Shown here: piece after piece, positions 1-10,208 of the stretch
Position numbering within the stretch: the first letter of the stretch is position 1
How the letters are laid out: each line of letters begins with the position of its first letter
NCBI GenBank assembly: GCA_963762565.1
Contig: CAVXLD010000012.1
Coordinates: 128,001 to 192,000, forward strand
Length of the DNA stretch: 64,000 nucleotides
Reading direction: 5' to 3'
Source: an uncultured Verrucomicrobiae bacterium
GTDB lineage: Bacteria > Verrucomicrobiota > Verrucomicrobiia > Chthoniobacterales > JAFAMB01
Made by a program: the position numbers and the translations under genes
Notes under the pieces: generated by a model
The model's database searches: none
Told to the model about the DNA's origin: nothing
What the model saw: the letters and a program-made list of their open reading frames with translations, nothing else

Positions 1-237
1 GATCTACATGATGGCCGGTATTGCATCACCCTGTATGACCCGAAACGGGTGTTCGGGTTCGTTTATTGCACGAAAGAAGGCCTGCAAAAGATGGGCTTCG
101 AGGATGGTACTGCGACGAAAAACCAATTGATCTACCTGTTCATGAAGAAGGACAAACTAACCGGCACCGTCTTCTACACCGCGGTTGGTACCCGGTTTGA
201 AGTGGGAAGTGACGGAAGCGGCACCTACTCATGGTGA
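1..237 (+). CDS. hypothetical protein, 5'-truncated by the window edge
   Basis: Frame 1 is open from base 1 (DLHDGRYCITLYDPKRVFGFVYC...) to TGA at 235-237; co-oriented with the downstream cluster. Confidence 0.6.
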   Translation, partial: DLHDGRYCITLYDPKRVFGFVYCTKEGLQKMGFEDGTATKNQLIYLFMKKDKLTGTVFYTAVGTRFEVGSDGSGTYSW

Positions 238-285
238 AGTCGCGTCACTTTAACAGGAGGAAACCGAGGGAACAGAGATAGCACG

Positions 286-1053
286 ATGAAATACTCGTCG
301 AACTACGTTTCGCCTCTCATCTTTCCCTCATTAAGGGCACCAAAGCTTTGCCTTTTAGCTGGCTTACTGCTGTTAGCTGGAGACCTTTATAACGCTCGCG
401 GGTTTGACGACACGACGGCAAGAGTCCCTTTTCATGGACCAGACGTACACCCGGGTTACCCTGACGCTTTCCAGCTCCATTATGTCCTGCCTAAAGACAC
501 GATCTCGCCCAACGGTAAATTCGGTCTGATCTTCCCGGGGCGAGCGTTAGGCGAGACTGAGAATGACTCGGTAAACGATTTTGTGGTTTCATTAGAACCA
601 TCCGAAATCCTAACTCGTCTCGACACCGCCTATCCGGAATTCGAAGGTAAGAGTAATGGTGGATATGAAATCGAGTGGTCACCAGATAGTTCCGTCGCAC
701 TCCTAACTTTGGAAGCCAGATGGGGACCAGGAGAATTCTTCCTCATCGAATTTCAGGAGGAAAAGGTAGGTCGAATCACGAATCTCGATAAGAAGATTCA
801 GCAGCTACTGGAACCTGACTTCCGGAAGGCGAAGGTGGATCCCTTTAATGATTCTACAAAGTTCATTTATGAGTATCCAGAGTCCCAGGCGCCATTTTGT
901 AAGCTGGAGAAGTCAAACCTAGTCCGCATCGACGCATTCGTAACCAACGATCCTCAGGGATACAATCCCTGGAGAGCCCGTCTTCGCGCGGTGTGGGATA
1001 TCCGAAACGCAAAATTCACTGAACAACACGTGAGCCGCTTAACTAACCGATAA
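286..1053 (+). CDS. secreted hypothetical protein (SPNGK/WSPDS propeller-like module)
   Basis: 255-aa ORF with a hydrophobic signal-like segment; motifs DTISPNGKFGL and WSPDSS recur in neighbours. Confidence 0.7.
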   Translation: MKYSSNYVSPLIFPSLRAPKLCLLAGLLLLAGDLYNARGFDDTTARVPFHGPDVHPGYPDAFQLHYVLPKDTISPNGKFGLIFPGRALGETENDSVNDFVVSLEPSEILTRLDTAYPEFEGKSNGGYEIEWSPDSSVALLTLEARWGPGEFFLIEFQEEKVGRITNLDKKIQQLLEPDFRKAKVDPFNDSTKFIYEYPESQAPFCKLEKSNLVRIDAFVTNDPQGYNPWRARLRAVWDIRNAKFTEQHVSRLTNR

Positions 1054-1067
1054 GAAAGAAGCCCACG

Positions 1068-2138
1068 ATGAAGAGCTGTTTTGTTGCTGCCGCTTTGATC
1101 TCAATCCTCGCGCATGAGTCCGCCGCCGTTGCCAAGGAAGCGGGACATGATTTCCTATTGGTTACTGCGCCGAGCGGTGATTTTCAGCTAATTCGCAAGA
1201 GCAACGGCGCTATTTGGCTGGTAGCGACTAAACAGCCGACCAACCACGTCGTTTTGCCCTCGGTGCAGGTCGAAAGGAGTAAATCAGCTTCTAAAGGTGC
1301 CGAGCAGGTGTCCTCAGACGAAATAGAACCACAACCGAAATGCTTTTTCTCGCCGGATGAGCGGTGGATCTTCGTGGAAATAGATATCGACGAGAATAAT
1401 ACCACCGGCGTTCTTTACCGACGAACTGACAACTCATCTGAAGACGGGGGAATCCCTCATTACCAACCGGCGATGCCCAAAGGGTTCGATCCCGCTGCCT
1501 GGGCTTTCGTTTGTCAGAATAAGAAATTACAAGAGAGCGATATCGGTATTCCGGACAAAAATGGGATTTGGACGAAGTCCCTCTACTTTGGCGCGTGGAG
1601 CGCCGATTCAGCCCGCTTGCTGATAGGATTAGGCGGAACCGTCGGGCAACCGAAAGAACCCGAAGGTGGCGGTGGACCTAGTCAATGGGCGTCCAATGCC
1701 GCAATGTTGTGCTATTTCAATACTGGGACTGGCGGGTTTGAGTTAACAGATCGGTTACGTAAAGCAAACTCGGTGAAGAATAATGATAGTTCCGAGCAGA
1801 CCGATACCCATGCGGCCGAGCCAGACGCGGTGCTTTCCGCGGAATCCGTCGGTCAGGAATCACCGGAACCATCAGTGGCCGATCGGTTCAACAAAGCAGA
1901 CGCCCAATTAAACGACATCTACAAGAAGTTGTTAAACTCACTTTCCCCTACTGATAAAACTCAGCTGCAAAACGAGGAAAGAGCCTGGTTAACAGAACGC
2001 GACATTTTCGCCACCATCCACAGTTCTCAAAGCTGGAGCCCATTCCCGAACGCCAGCCGGATTGAAGGGATGGCGATCGCGACTGAGAAGCGAGTGGCCG
2101 AATTGCAGAAACGTTTATCCCCCAAGGCGAACTCCTGA
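1068..2138 (+). CDS. secreted protein with C-terminal LprI-like (DUF1311) domain
   Basis: Signal peptide; C-terminal ADAQLNDIYKKLLNSLS...LQNEERAWLTERD matches the LprI/DUF1311 pattern. Confidence 0.75.
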   Translation: MKSCFVAAALISILAHESAAVAKEAGHDFLLVTAPSGDFQLIRKSNGAIWLVATKQPTNHVVLPSVQVERSKSASKGAEQVSSDEIEPQPKCFFSPDERWIFVEIDIDENNTTGVLYRRTDNSSEDGGIPHYQPAMPKGFDPAAWAFVCQNKKLQESDIGIPDKNGIWTKSLYFGAWSADSARLLIGLGGTVGQPKEPEGGGGPSQWASNAAMLCYFNTGTGGFELTDRLRKANSVKNNDSSEQTDTHAAEPDAVLSAESVGQESPEPSVADRFNKADAQLNDIYKKLLNSLSPTDKTQLQNEERAWLTERDIFATIHSSQSWSPFPNASRIEGMAIATEKRVAELQKRLSPKANS

Positions 2139-2162
2139 GATGCACACCCAGGTTCAATCATC

Positions 2163-3560
2163 ATGATCTTCCCCATAAAACAATTAATCGCCCTCGTCGC
2201 TGCCGCCCTCTTAGTTGGCCAGGCTGCCGACGCTGAAAATTGGGAACCTGCGGGTATCGTATTTGATCGACAAGGAAATTTGTTCGTCGCGGATCATGCT
2301 TCCGGGCAGATCCTTAAATTCGCACCCGACGGAACCAGGACCGTTTTTGCTGCCGAAATCAATAGCCCTTACGGTGTCGCCTTTGATAGCAATGGAAATC
2401 TTTTGGTCTCCCACCCCGGGGAAATTTTGAAGATTGCTCTGGATGGCACGAAGAGCATTTTCACCAACGTCGTTTCTCCGGCGAATCTGACTGTCGATGG
2501 AGCTGGGAATGTGTTCGTACCGGATCTACGGACCAACTGTATCTTCAAGGTCGCTCCAGATGGCAAGAGAAGCTTCGCCGCGGTCGCCCTGACGAACCCA
2601 GCCGGCCCCATCTTTGATCGATCGGGGAACCTCTACGCTGCGGACGACAGTGGCATTTATAAGGTTGATGCTTTTACCAGAAAGACCTCCTTCGCGACTG
2701 GTGTGAGCGCCCTCGCCATCGTCTTTGACCGCGCCGGCAATCTTTTGGTCTCAGACAAAGACAGTGGCAATATTCTCAAATTCACTCCCAGCGGAGTCAG
2801 AAGCACCTTCGCCAACGGGGTGGTTCCTATCTGCTTCGCATTTGACACAGCGGGCAATCTTTCAGTGTCGGACCGGAACAGCGCCTCCATTCTCAAATTC
2901 GCGGCGGATGGGACCAAAACCGTTTTCGTTTCAGGCGGTAACCGCAACGAAAATGCTGGCGCAGAGCCTGTGAGCAACGAAGAAGCGTTCAGAAAAAGCC
3001 TCGAGTACACGCGTGCGGTCGTAGAGAACCAGCACATGATCTGTTTGGTCGACATCGACCCCTTAAACGGGGGCCAGAAGACGAGCTTCCGTTATGATCA
3101 TATCCGGAAGTCGAGCGGGTTCAGATGAAAAACGGCGAGACTTTCGCTCGAAAAAAGGACAAGCCATGGTTGAAATCTGATAACTGGGCCGAGACCGGGT
3201 CCAAAGTGAGTTCGCATAAATCCGATGAACTTGATTCACTGATTGAATACCCATGGGTAGCGCTCAACGATGACCGGATCAGTACCAATAAAACCAAGGT
3301 GCAGTCGTCGTTCGCTTGATTAAACGAGAGCCCATGGAAGACACAGAACGCCTTTATTATGAAGAGGGGCGGGAGAAACAGACTGGGTTTCGATTATCCG
3401 GAATTCTGTTTTCCGGAGGTCCGGAAAGGACCCGGATGAAAAAGGGCTTTTCGAGGGCTAGGCCGGGGTGATGCGCAGGGGTTACGACCGTTTCCATGTG
3501 AATATCAATTATAGCTATCTGTTCCGGATTAAATCCAGGAAGCGAAACCTACGCCCGGAA
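2163..3560 (+). pseudogene. secreted NHL-repeat protein with a frameshifted C-terminal domain (ORFs 2163-3128 and 3125-3319 plus downstream fragments)
   Basis: Repeated FD..GNL[FY]V[AS]D...I.KF.PDG NHL blades. Protein-like reading continues after a 1-nt shift near 3100 (RYDH-YPEVERVQMKNG), further shifts near 3295 and 3390, and an in-frame TAG near 3459. The 3' end is approximate. Confidence 0.6.
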
Positions 3561-3579
3561 AATAGTGGCTTGCGTTCAG

Positions 3580-4496
3580 ATGATATCTCGAGAGTCTATT
3601 CTCTTATTCCTGTTAGTCGCACCGCTAGCGGAGGTCTGCACGGTAAATCCGGCCCAAGCGGCGGATGAAAAGGTCTTTATCTTTTGGGATACGGTTTCGC
3701 CAAATGGGAAATATGCCCTGGCTTGGACAAAGGCAGGATCCGTAAACCCGGACGACATGCCTTACCCGGATGACCCCAAGGGAGGCGTGAAAGACTGGTT
3801 GTTGGAAGTGGCCTCGCGCAAGCCGACGGTTCTATTGCCAGATGCCGCCTATTGAGGCTGCCGGACTATAGCCCAAATCATTACAGCTTGGAGACGGTAT
3901 GGTCGGATGATAGTTCTCGTTTGCTGGTGCTACTTGACTCCCGTTATAGCACCGAGCAGGCGTTGCTGGTCGACCCAAGAGAAGGTCGCGTGCACGATTT
4001 TGTGAAATCGATGCAGCGTGGATTCTACCAGGTCCTGCGGCATAACGGCGGGGCCGCTCACGGGGAAAACGTCGACAGCTACTACATGACGTTCTCTTAT
4101 CCTTGGTTTACTGGACGAGACACGATCGAAGTGATTGGCGATGCGACCATTCACCTTAAAAGCGCTGACTTCGATGATTTCGAATACCATCTGACCTTCG
4201 GTATCGGGTCAGGCTCGTTCTCCTTACAAAAGGCGGCTGCACTCACCGATGTCGCGGGAGATTCGAGCGATCGTCAACTGAATCGAGTTTATCGAACTCT
4301 GATCGGACTACTCTCGCCATCGGAACGGGAAGCACTAATCCAGGAGGAACGGACCTGGATTGCTAAACGAGATGCTACGAATGGATCAGAGGCTAAAGAA
4401 GACCTGGTAAAAGCGAGGATCGAAGAGCTGACGAAACGGCAGGACGATCGGGTCAGTACCTTGGACGGCGAGGACCAAAAATCTAAGAATGAGTAA
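3580..4496 (+). pseudogene. secreted protein with C-terminal LprI-like domain, split by a 1-nt frameshift (ORFs 3565-3855 and 3852-4496)
   Basis: Signal peptide and DTVSPNGKYAL in the first part; TAT TG(G) AGG CTG junction at about 3853; WSDDSSR and SDRQLNRVYRTL...EERTWIAKRD in the second part. Confidence 0.65.
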
Positions 4497-5148
4497 GAAC
4501 TCAGCTGTGGCTAACCTTGCAATCAACCGCCGTTCGATTCGGAATCTGATACCTTCTACCCTTGGCGTCGTGTGCTGTCTGGCTATGGCTTTTGCCGCGG
4601 GCGAACCGAAGAAACAATTAACCATCGACCAAGACGGTTCTGCCTCAAATGCAGAGGCCGGCAACAAGGCCGTACCAGTCAGCCTGTTGGACGGAAAACT
4701 CAAGATCGATGTTCCCTCCGATTTCTCGCGTGAGCCGAATAACCCGGCAGACCCGAAAACAGTGGCCAAGTTTAGCCGCAAAGACGGCGCCTGGGGCGAA
4801 GTTTTGCGCGGCACCCACGGTCTGACTCCGGAAGGACTTAACCAGTATCTAGCTAAGCGCGTTTCGGAATACTCCAAAGGCTTCGATTGGTTGCCCAAGG
4901 GATATCACCTGCAATGGTTACGCAGGGAAATCGTTACCATGGATGGCCGTAAATGGGCCGATTGGCGCTACGTCCCGATCGCCAACGGATCCACCGATTA
5001 TCAAAACAATCCCGTTTACACCCGGTTTCTTACTACGTCCTATCAAGGCCAGCTTCTGGAGATCACTTTCACCACCAACCTGACAACTGATCCCGGCTTA
5101 AAGGAAGAGATCGATCGTATCATGGAATCGGTGCACCTCGAGGAATGA
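4489..5148 (+). CDS. secreted hypothetical protein
   Basis: 219-aa ORF overlapping the upstream stop; signal-like segment LGVVCCLAMAFA. Confidence 0.65.
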   Translation: MSKNSAVANLAINRRSIRNLIPSTLGVVCCLAMAFAAGEPKKQLTIDQDGSASNAEAGNKAVPVSLLDGKLKIDVPSDFSREPNNPADPKTVAKFSRKDGAWGEVLRGTHGLTPEGLNQYLAKRVSEYSKGFDWLPKGYHLQWLRREIVTMDGRKWADWRYVPIANGSTDYQNNPVYTRFLTTSYQGQLLEITFTTNLTTDPGLKEEIDRIMESVHLEE

Positions 5149-5198
5149 TTTAACGTTCAAAATCGCTCGCCCATTAAGGGAACAATCCAGAGAACTTC

Positions 5199-5648
5199 AT
5201 GTTATCACTTCGCCGTTCGCTACTGGCTATATCGGTCCAGTTAATCGTGGTTACCTTAGTTGCTTCAGGACCTACTAAAGCAGATCCAGCAAAAGCACCT
5301 GAACAAGCATTTGCTGCCGTCTACGCTACGTTTGTCGATGCAGCGCGGACTAACGATAAGAATAAAATCGCAGACCTAGTTGAGTTTCCGGTTAGTGCCT
5401 GGGCTGTAATTACTAAGGGCAACGTGCAAGAGATTAGTATCACGAATAAGGCGGATTTCTTGGCCAAATACGACTCAATTTTTACTCCCTCGATGCGGTC
5501 GCACGCGGTTAAGACGAAGCCGCAGAAAATCGACAACGGACACTACGCTCTCATCTGGCACGACACAGACCTGGAATACAGTTTTGAATTCGAAAGCAAA
5601 CCGACGAGCGGGTTCCGATTGACGATGTGTCTTATCGGACCGCGGTGA
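5199..5648 (+). CDS. secreted hypothetical protein
   Basis: 149-aa ORF with an N-terminal signal peptide. Confidence 0.65.
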   Translation: MLSLRRSLLAISVQLIVVTLVASGPTKADPAKAPEQAFAAVYATFVDAARTNDKNKIADLVEFPVSAWAVITKGNVQEISITNKADFLAKYDSIFTPSMRSHAVKTKPQKIDNGHYALIWHDTDLEYSFEFESKPTSGFRLTMCLIGPR

Positions 5649-5671
5649 TGACAGTAATTGAGTTGAACCCC

Positions 5672-6019
5672 ATGAGATCCCTGATTCTTACTATCATAAT
5701 AACCTTCGGCTTCACTGGCTTGGGCGCAGTGATCCCAAAGGGAGCTACCGTACAGGTGAAAGCAGATTCGATTTGGTTCCAAGACGCTGCTGCGTTGGCC
5801 CGTTGGCAGGCACTGAAGAAGAGCGGCAACCAAAAGGCTTTAGCCGGCTATGAGGATAAGATGCTATCTGACCGGGATGCCTGGCAGTTTACCAACCAGC
5901 TTGCGGTCAAGGTCCTCAGTTATGAGGAAGGGAAACATCAGGTTAATGTCGAGATGACGACGCCAGGCCGGATGCTGGGTACGAAATGGTGGTTAGATAC
6001 AAGCACTCTGGTCCAATAG
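5672..6019 (+). CDS. secreted hypothetical protein
   Basis: ORF 5627-6019; the ATG at 5672 gives a clean signal peptide (MRSLILTIIITFGF...). Confidence 0.6.
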   Translation: MRSLILTIIITFGFTGLGAVIPKGATVQVKADSIWFQDAAALARWQALKKSGNQKALAGYEDKMLSDRDAWQFTNQLAVKVLSYEEGKHQVNVEMTTPGRMLGTKWWLDTSTLVQ

Positions 6020-6252
6020 TCGTCAGCCGACTAACATCGACTGCGATCTGCTAACTGGTTGCTTCAGACCTTGGCGTAACGCGGAGCCGGTTTTATATTC
6101 GACAAGTGAGCAGGCGGTTAGAGAGCATGATATCTTGAAGCTTTGAGGGTTCCTTTTCACAGGATCCTCTCTTTGACATTTTTATTGACCTTGAGCAACT
6201 CGTTCGCTCAAAATGCCCTTGAGGCATAAAGGACAGCCGGTCGAAGAACCTC

Positions 6253-7632
6253 ATGCGATCTTGCCGACATCGCTATACCGGGGAGCACCCGCCACGGTGG
6301 TTTCGTTGTTCGCTGCTCTTGGCAAGTTGCACAGGATTTTTCGCTTGTACTGAACTCCAGGCAGACCTCGCTTTTAGTCCAAAGGGAGATCTCTTTGTGC
6401 TCGGCGACCAGGAAATCTTCAAGTACACAGCTGACGGGACGAAGAACACATTCGCTACTCTGTCTAAAAAGCCTATTTCTTTGGCGTTTGATAGCGCGGG
6501 TAACCTCTTCGTCGGAGATTTCGGCGGTTCCATTTTCAGATTCAGTCCTGATCGAAGGAAGACCACATTCGTTACCGGACTCAAGGACGCAGGTAAACTG
6601 GCTTGTGACGCCGCGGGTAATCTTTTTGTGGGGGACGAAGTTGAGTCGTCAATTCTGAAATTTGCGCCCGACGCAAGGAAAAGTACGGTCGTAAGCAACG
6701 TCCACGCGGAGAAAATGGTCCTCGATCCATCGGGTAATTCATTTGTGCCAACTCGCGTCGGCAACGCGATCCTGAAAATTACCTCCAACGGGGTCAAAAC
6801 CACGTTCGCTACGGGGATTGAGTACGCGGACGCTCTGACCGTTGACCCTGCAGGCAATCTCTTTGTGTATGCCTGGCCAGGAACGATTTTAAAAATTACA
6901 GCCGACGGAAGCAAGCACGCTTTTGTTACTGATCTTGAAATCTCGATACCTTTTTCGACCTGTAACAGCCGGGGAGACCTCTTCGTCGGATTGCCTGACA
7001 ACGACACAATACTAGAATTCACGCCGGATGGGAAAAAGCGCGAACTCGACGCAGGACCACACCCAACGGATATGGTTTTCGACAAGAAAGGGAACCTTTT
7101 TGTAAAAGTGTCCTCTGCGATTTATAAATTCGACTCAGCCGGTAATAAAAGCACTTTTGCCTCTGATTGGCTGTCACCTGACAAGCGCTGGGAATACCAG
7201 CGTTCTGATAATGGAGAGAGAGGAACCATTGTGAAGGCCGGCACCAACCAAGTTGTACAGGATCTATCCGACGTTCCTGCTCCGGCAGTAAGCGACGCTG
7301 AGATGGTTTGGGCGCCGGACTCGAAACGTTTTGCGGTCAACTATCGAGACGGCCGTAGTTTTGTGACTGAGCTTTATCAACTTAATGGCAGCGGATGGGT
7401 GGCGCTCCGTTCACCTGTGGAAGCGACCTTGCCGATTGTTGAGAAAGGCTCGTCTAAAGACACACAGGAGCCAGGTCTCGATTCCTGGTCGGTGGAGAAG
7501 TGGATCGATTCTGAGACTGCCCTCATGAGTGCGCAGCTGCGCACTAGCAATTCCCGCTTTATCTTTACCTTGAAATTCGATGCAGCCGGAAATTGGAAAA
7601 TTGTTCATCAGACCAAAGAAAAGGCGGAATAG
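6253..7632 (+). CDS. secreted NHL-repeat protein with C-terminal SPD/WAPDS module
   Basis: About seven FD..GNLFV NHL blades followed by WLSPDKRW...WAPDSKRF; paralogous N-terminus to the 2163 gene. Confidence 0.75.
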   Translation: MRSCRHRYTGEHPPRWFRCSLLLASCTGFFACTELQADLAFSPKGDLFVLGDQEIFKYTADGTKNTFATLSKKPISLAFDSAGNLFVGDFGGSIFRFSPDRRKTTFVTGLKDAGKLACDAAGNLFVGDEVESSILKFAPDARKSTVVSNVHAEKMVLDPSGNSFVPTRVGNAILKITSNGVKTTFATGIEYADALTVDPAGNLFVYAWPGTILKITADGSKHAFVTDLEISIPFSTCNSRGDLFVGLPDNDTILEFTPDGKKRELDAGPHPTDMVFDKKGNLFVKVSSAIYKFDSAGNKSTFASDWLSPDKRWEYQRSDNGERGTIVKAGTNQVVQDLSDVPAPAVSDAEMVWAPDSKRFAVNYRDGRSFVTELYQLNGSGWVALRSPVEATLPIVEKGSSKDTQEPGLDSWSVEKWIDSETALMSAQLRTSNSRFIFTLKFDAAGNWKIVHQTKEKAE

Positions 7633-7765
7633 AACCCATTTTTACTGACCAAATCCGGCTGTTGAACGACCAGACGAGTTATGCGCACAGTCCAGTCTCC
7701 ACGCGCTTTCTGACTCCTTCCTGTAAGGGTCAATGCAGAAGCTGGACTATCCGGCGCACGAAGGC

Positions 7766-8848
7766 CTACGATAAAACTACCTCGTGCCCCTTGAGGCTTG
7801 ATTCGTAAATCGCGTCGAGAATTTCCATCAGTTTCACTGCCTGAACGGCACTATTGATCGGCGGTTCGATGCCTTCTATGGCCCTCAGGAAATTCTGCAT
7901 TTGCGGCACAAACTCGTGCGGTACCGGGTCAAACGGTAGTTCAACGGTCTCTAGTTTGCCGTCGCGGTCCTCAAAAAGAGTGAGAGCAGGGATCTTCTCG
8001 GTCGGATGCAGCTGTAGAACGTCCACAATGCGGATAGTGCCTTTTGGTCCGTAGAGCACAGTCGAGAAAAGTTCTCGGGTGCCCCACTTTCCCAGCGGAA
8101 TATCATCTGGAAGATTCGCCGCCCAGGAGACCTCGAAGAGCAAAGTACTGCCGTTCTCGAAACGAATCATACCGTCGGCGCTGTCCTCCACATCGAAGAC
8201 CGGAGCTTTCACTAGTTGAGGAAACTTTTGATAGGTCTGGGCAGAAACCGTTCGCGGTTTTGGTGTGCCCATCAGGTACCAGGCCGCATCGATGGCGTGT
8301 ACTCCCAGGTCAATGACCACGCCGCCCCCGGCACGGGAACGGTCGGTAAACCAGCCATCGATTCCGCCGGGAGTGCCTCGCGACCGAACCCACATGGTCT
8401 TGGCAAAATAAATCTCGCCCAAGCGCCGTTCAGCGACCGCTTTGCGTGCGGCCTGTACAGATCCAGAAAAGCGCATCTGGCGTCCAAAGAAATAAATTAA
8501 TCCCCGGCTGTCCGCTTCGTGCCGCAGTTGGCGCATCTGCTCGGCGTTCAATGTGGGAGGCTTTTCGCATAGAACATGTTTGCCTGCCTGCAGCCCTTTG
8601 AGCGCAGCGGGAAAATGAAGCGAGTTCGGAAGACTAATTACCACCGCCTGGAGCTCCGGATCCGCCAGCATCTGATCGTAATCAGCAAAAACGCGTGTGG
8701 GAGCATATTTGGCTGCGAAAGCTTCCCGTCGGGCCGCGTTCAAGTCACAAGCGGCATAAAGTTGTCCGAGATCACTTCCTCGAACTCCTTCGGCATGTCG
8801 CTGCCCGGGCCAACCCAACCCTACGAGACCGACATTGATTTTTTCCAT
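7766..8848 (-). CDS. Gfo/Idh/MocA family oxidoreductase
   Basis: VGLVGLG Rossmann motif, HVLCEKP, GGGVVIDLGVH; start placed at MEKINV. Confidence 0.9.
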   Translation of the reverse strand: MEKINVGLVGLGWPGQRHAEGVRGSDLGQLYAACDLNAARREAFAAKYAPTRVFADYDQMLADPELQAVVISLPNSLHFPAALKGLQAGKHVLCEKPPTLNAEQMRQLRHEADSRGLIYFFGRQMRFSGSVQAARKAVAERRLGEIYFAKTMWVRSRGTPGGIDGWFTDRSRAGGGVVIDLGVHAIDAAWYLMGTPKPRTVSAQTYQKFPQLVKAPVFDVEDSADGMIRFENGSTLLFEVSWAANLPDDIPLGKWGTRELFSTVLYGPKGTIRIVDVLQLHPTEKIPALTLFEDRDGKLETVELPFDPVPHEFVPQMQNFLRAIEGIEPPINSAVQAVKLMEILDAIYESSLKGHEVVLS

Positions 8849-9012
8849 GGAGCAGTTTCCCGGCACAGGGAACGTCGTCAATATACGCAAAGCCGTGGAG
8901 CGCTATCTGGGCGCCTTGTGCTTTTCTGCCCGCGGCTTTATTTTCGTGGTTCGATCAATCCGCACAAAATGTATACCAGCGTTCCCGGAAAGCTCCTGAA
9001 CTCCTGCAACTC

Positions 9013-9044
9013 CCCGACTTCGCAAGGCCTACGTCGCGGCCAGC
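9013..9044 (+). repeat. family D REP-like hairpin inside a CTCCTGAA short-repeat tract
   Basis: CCCGACTTCGCAAGGCCTACGTCGCGGCCAGC resembles the copies at 27830, 35596 and 36942. Confidence 0.45.
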
Positions 9045-9068
9045 TTTGAACTCCTGAACTCCTTTCCC

Positions 9069-10133
9069 ATGACTTCTCCTATCTCAATCCAAGAACTCAA
9101 AACGCGTGTATTGACCGGCTCAGTGGTGGCCACGGTTTTTGGACAGGTGGAGAGCATCACAGAAAAACAGACCCGGGATCAAAAACCGTATTTCGAGCTC
9201 GTGGTGCGGGACCTGGTGGGTTCACTCACGATTCGGGTATGGAACGACCACCCGGCCTTCAGTTTCTGTGGGGAAACCGTTGCCGGCGCTGCGGTTTGTG
9301 TCGAAGGCGAGTTCTGGAGTGGGAACTCGTACGGGATCGAGGTGCGAAATTGGCAGATACGAGATCTCACTGCGGAAGAAAAATCGGTGCTGTTTGAAGG
9401 ACCAGAAGAATTGCGGCAGCAGCAGGAGAGAGATTACGCAGAGATACTCAGTACGGTCGAATCGATCAACGATCCGCGGCTCCGCCGCCTGGGAGAATTG
9501 TTTTTGACCGAGTTCGGCGAGCGATTTCGCAGAGCGGCCGGCGCCCGAACCGTACATCACGCTCGGCGAGGCGGCCTGGTTCAACATGTGGCTCAAATGT
9601 TGCGCACGGCAGACGCTATCACGGCCACTTACCCTGCGCTCAATCGTGATCTCCTCATCGCGGGAACTCTTTTCCATGACGCGGGCAAAATGTGGGAGAA
9701 CAATTTTCCTAAAGAAAGTCTGCAGATGCCGCACGATTTGTACGGCGAACTTCTCGGTCACATCAGCATCGGCGCCGAGTTCGTGAACCGCTTGTGGCAG
9801 AAGTTGCGGCAGGAGAAAGAATTTGAATCTTGGAAGGATCTGACGCCCGAAAGCGATCTGGTGCGGGTACATCTGCTGCACCTGGTCATCGCGCACCACG
9901 GCGAACTAGAGTTCGGATCACCGGTCGAGCCAAAGACGCCCGAAGCTTGGGCCTTGCATATGATCGACAATCTGGATGCGAAACTCGAAATAATCTTTTC
10001 CGCCTACCGGACAGCACCGCGTTTGACTCCCCAGATCCTGGACAGGGTCAGGCCGCTACACTCGAACCCGGTGGTCCCTCTGCCGAAATTTGGCGGGCCG
10101 AAGCCGTCAGGGGGAGAAGACGAGAGGAGCTAG
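9069..10133 (+). CDS. YhaM/Cbf1-like OB-fold HD-domain 3'-5' exonuclease
   Basis: N-terminal OB fold; HHA..GGLVQH, HDAGK, HHGELEFGSP and IDNLDAK motifs. Confidence 0.85.
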   Translation: MTSPISIQELKTRVLTGSVVATVFGQVESITEKQTRDQKPYFELVVRDLVGSLTIRVWNDHPAFSFCGETVAGAAVCVEGEFWSGNSYGIEVRNWQIRDLTAEEKSVLFEGPEELRQQQERDYAEILSTVESINDPRLRRLGELFLTEFGERFRRAAGARTVHHARRGGLVQHVAQMLRTADAITATYPALNRDLLIAGTLFHDAGKMWENNFPKESLQMPHDLYGELLGHISIGAEFVNRLWQKLRQEKEFESWKDLTPESDLVRVHLLHLVIAHHGELEFGSPVEPKTPEAWALHMIDNLDAKLEIIFSAYRTAPRLTPQILDRVRPLHSNPVVPLPKFGGPKPSGGEDERS

Positions 10134-10208
10134 CAGGGCTAGCTCGTAATCGTTCTCGTCGTCGTCCTCGAAAAGGTCTTGCCCAGCGCTTCGAATTGGC
10201 CCGCAGCG

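Noticed and set aside
3840..3860. Programmed frameshift or TGA recoding
   Set aside because: No slippery sequence or stimulatory structure; a simple 1-nt deletion among neighbouring lesions explains it.
6273..7085. 270-aa antisense ORF, and similar ones such as 2657-3055, 9222-9899 and 44326-45240
   Set aside because: Shadow ORFs opposite well-supported genes, with no recognisable motifs.
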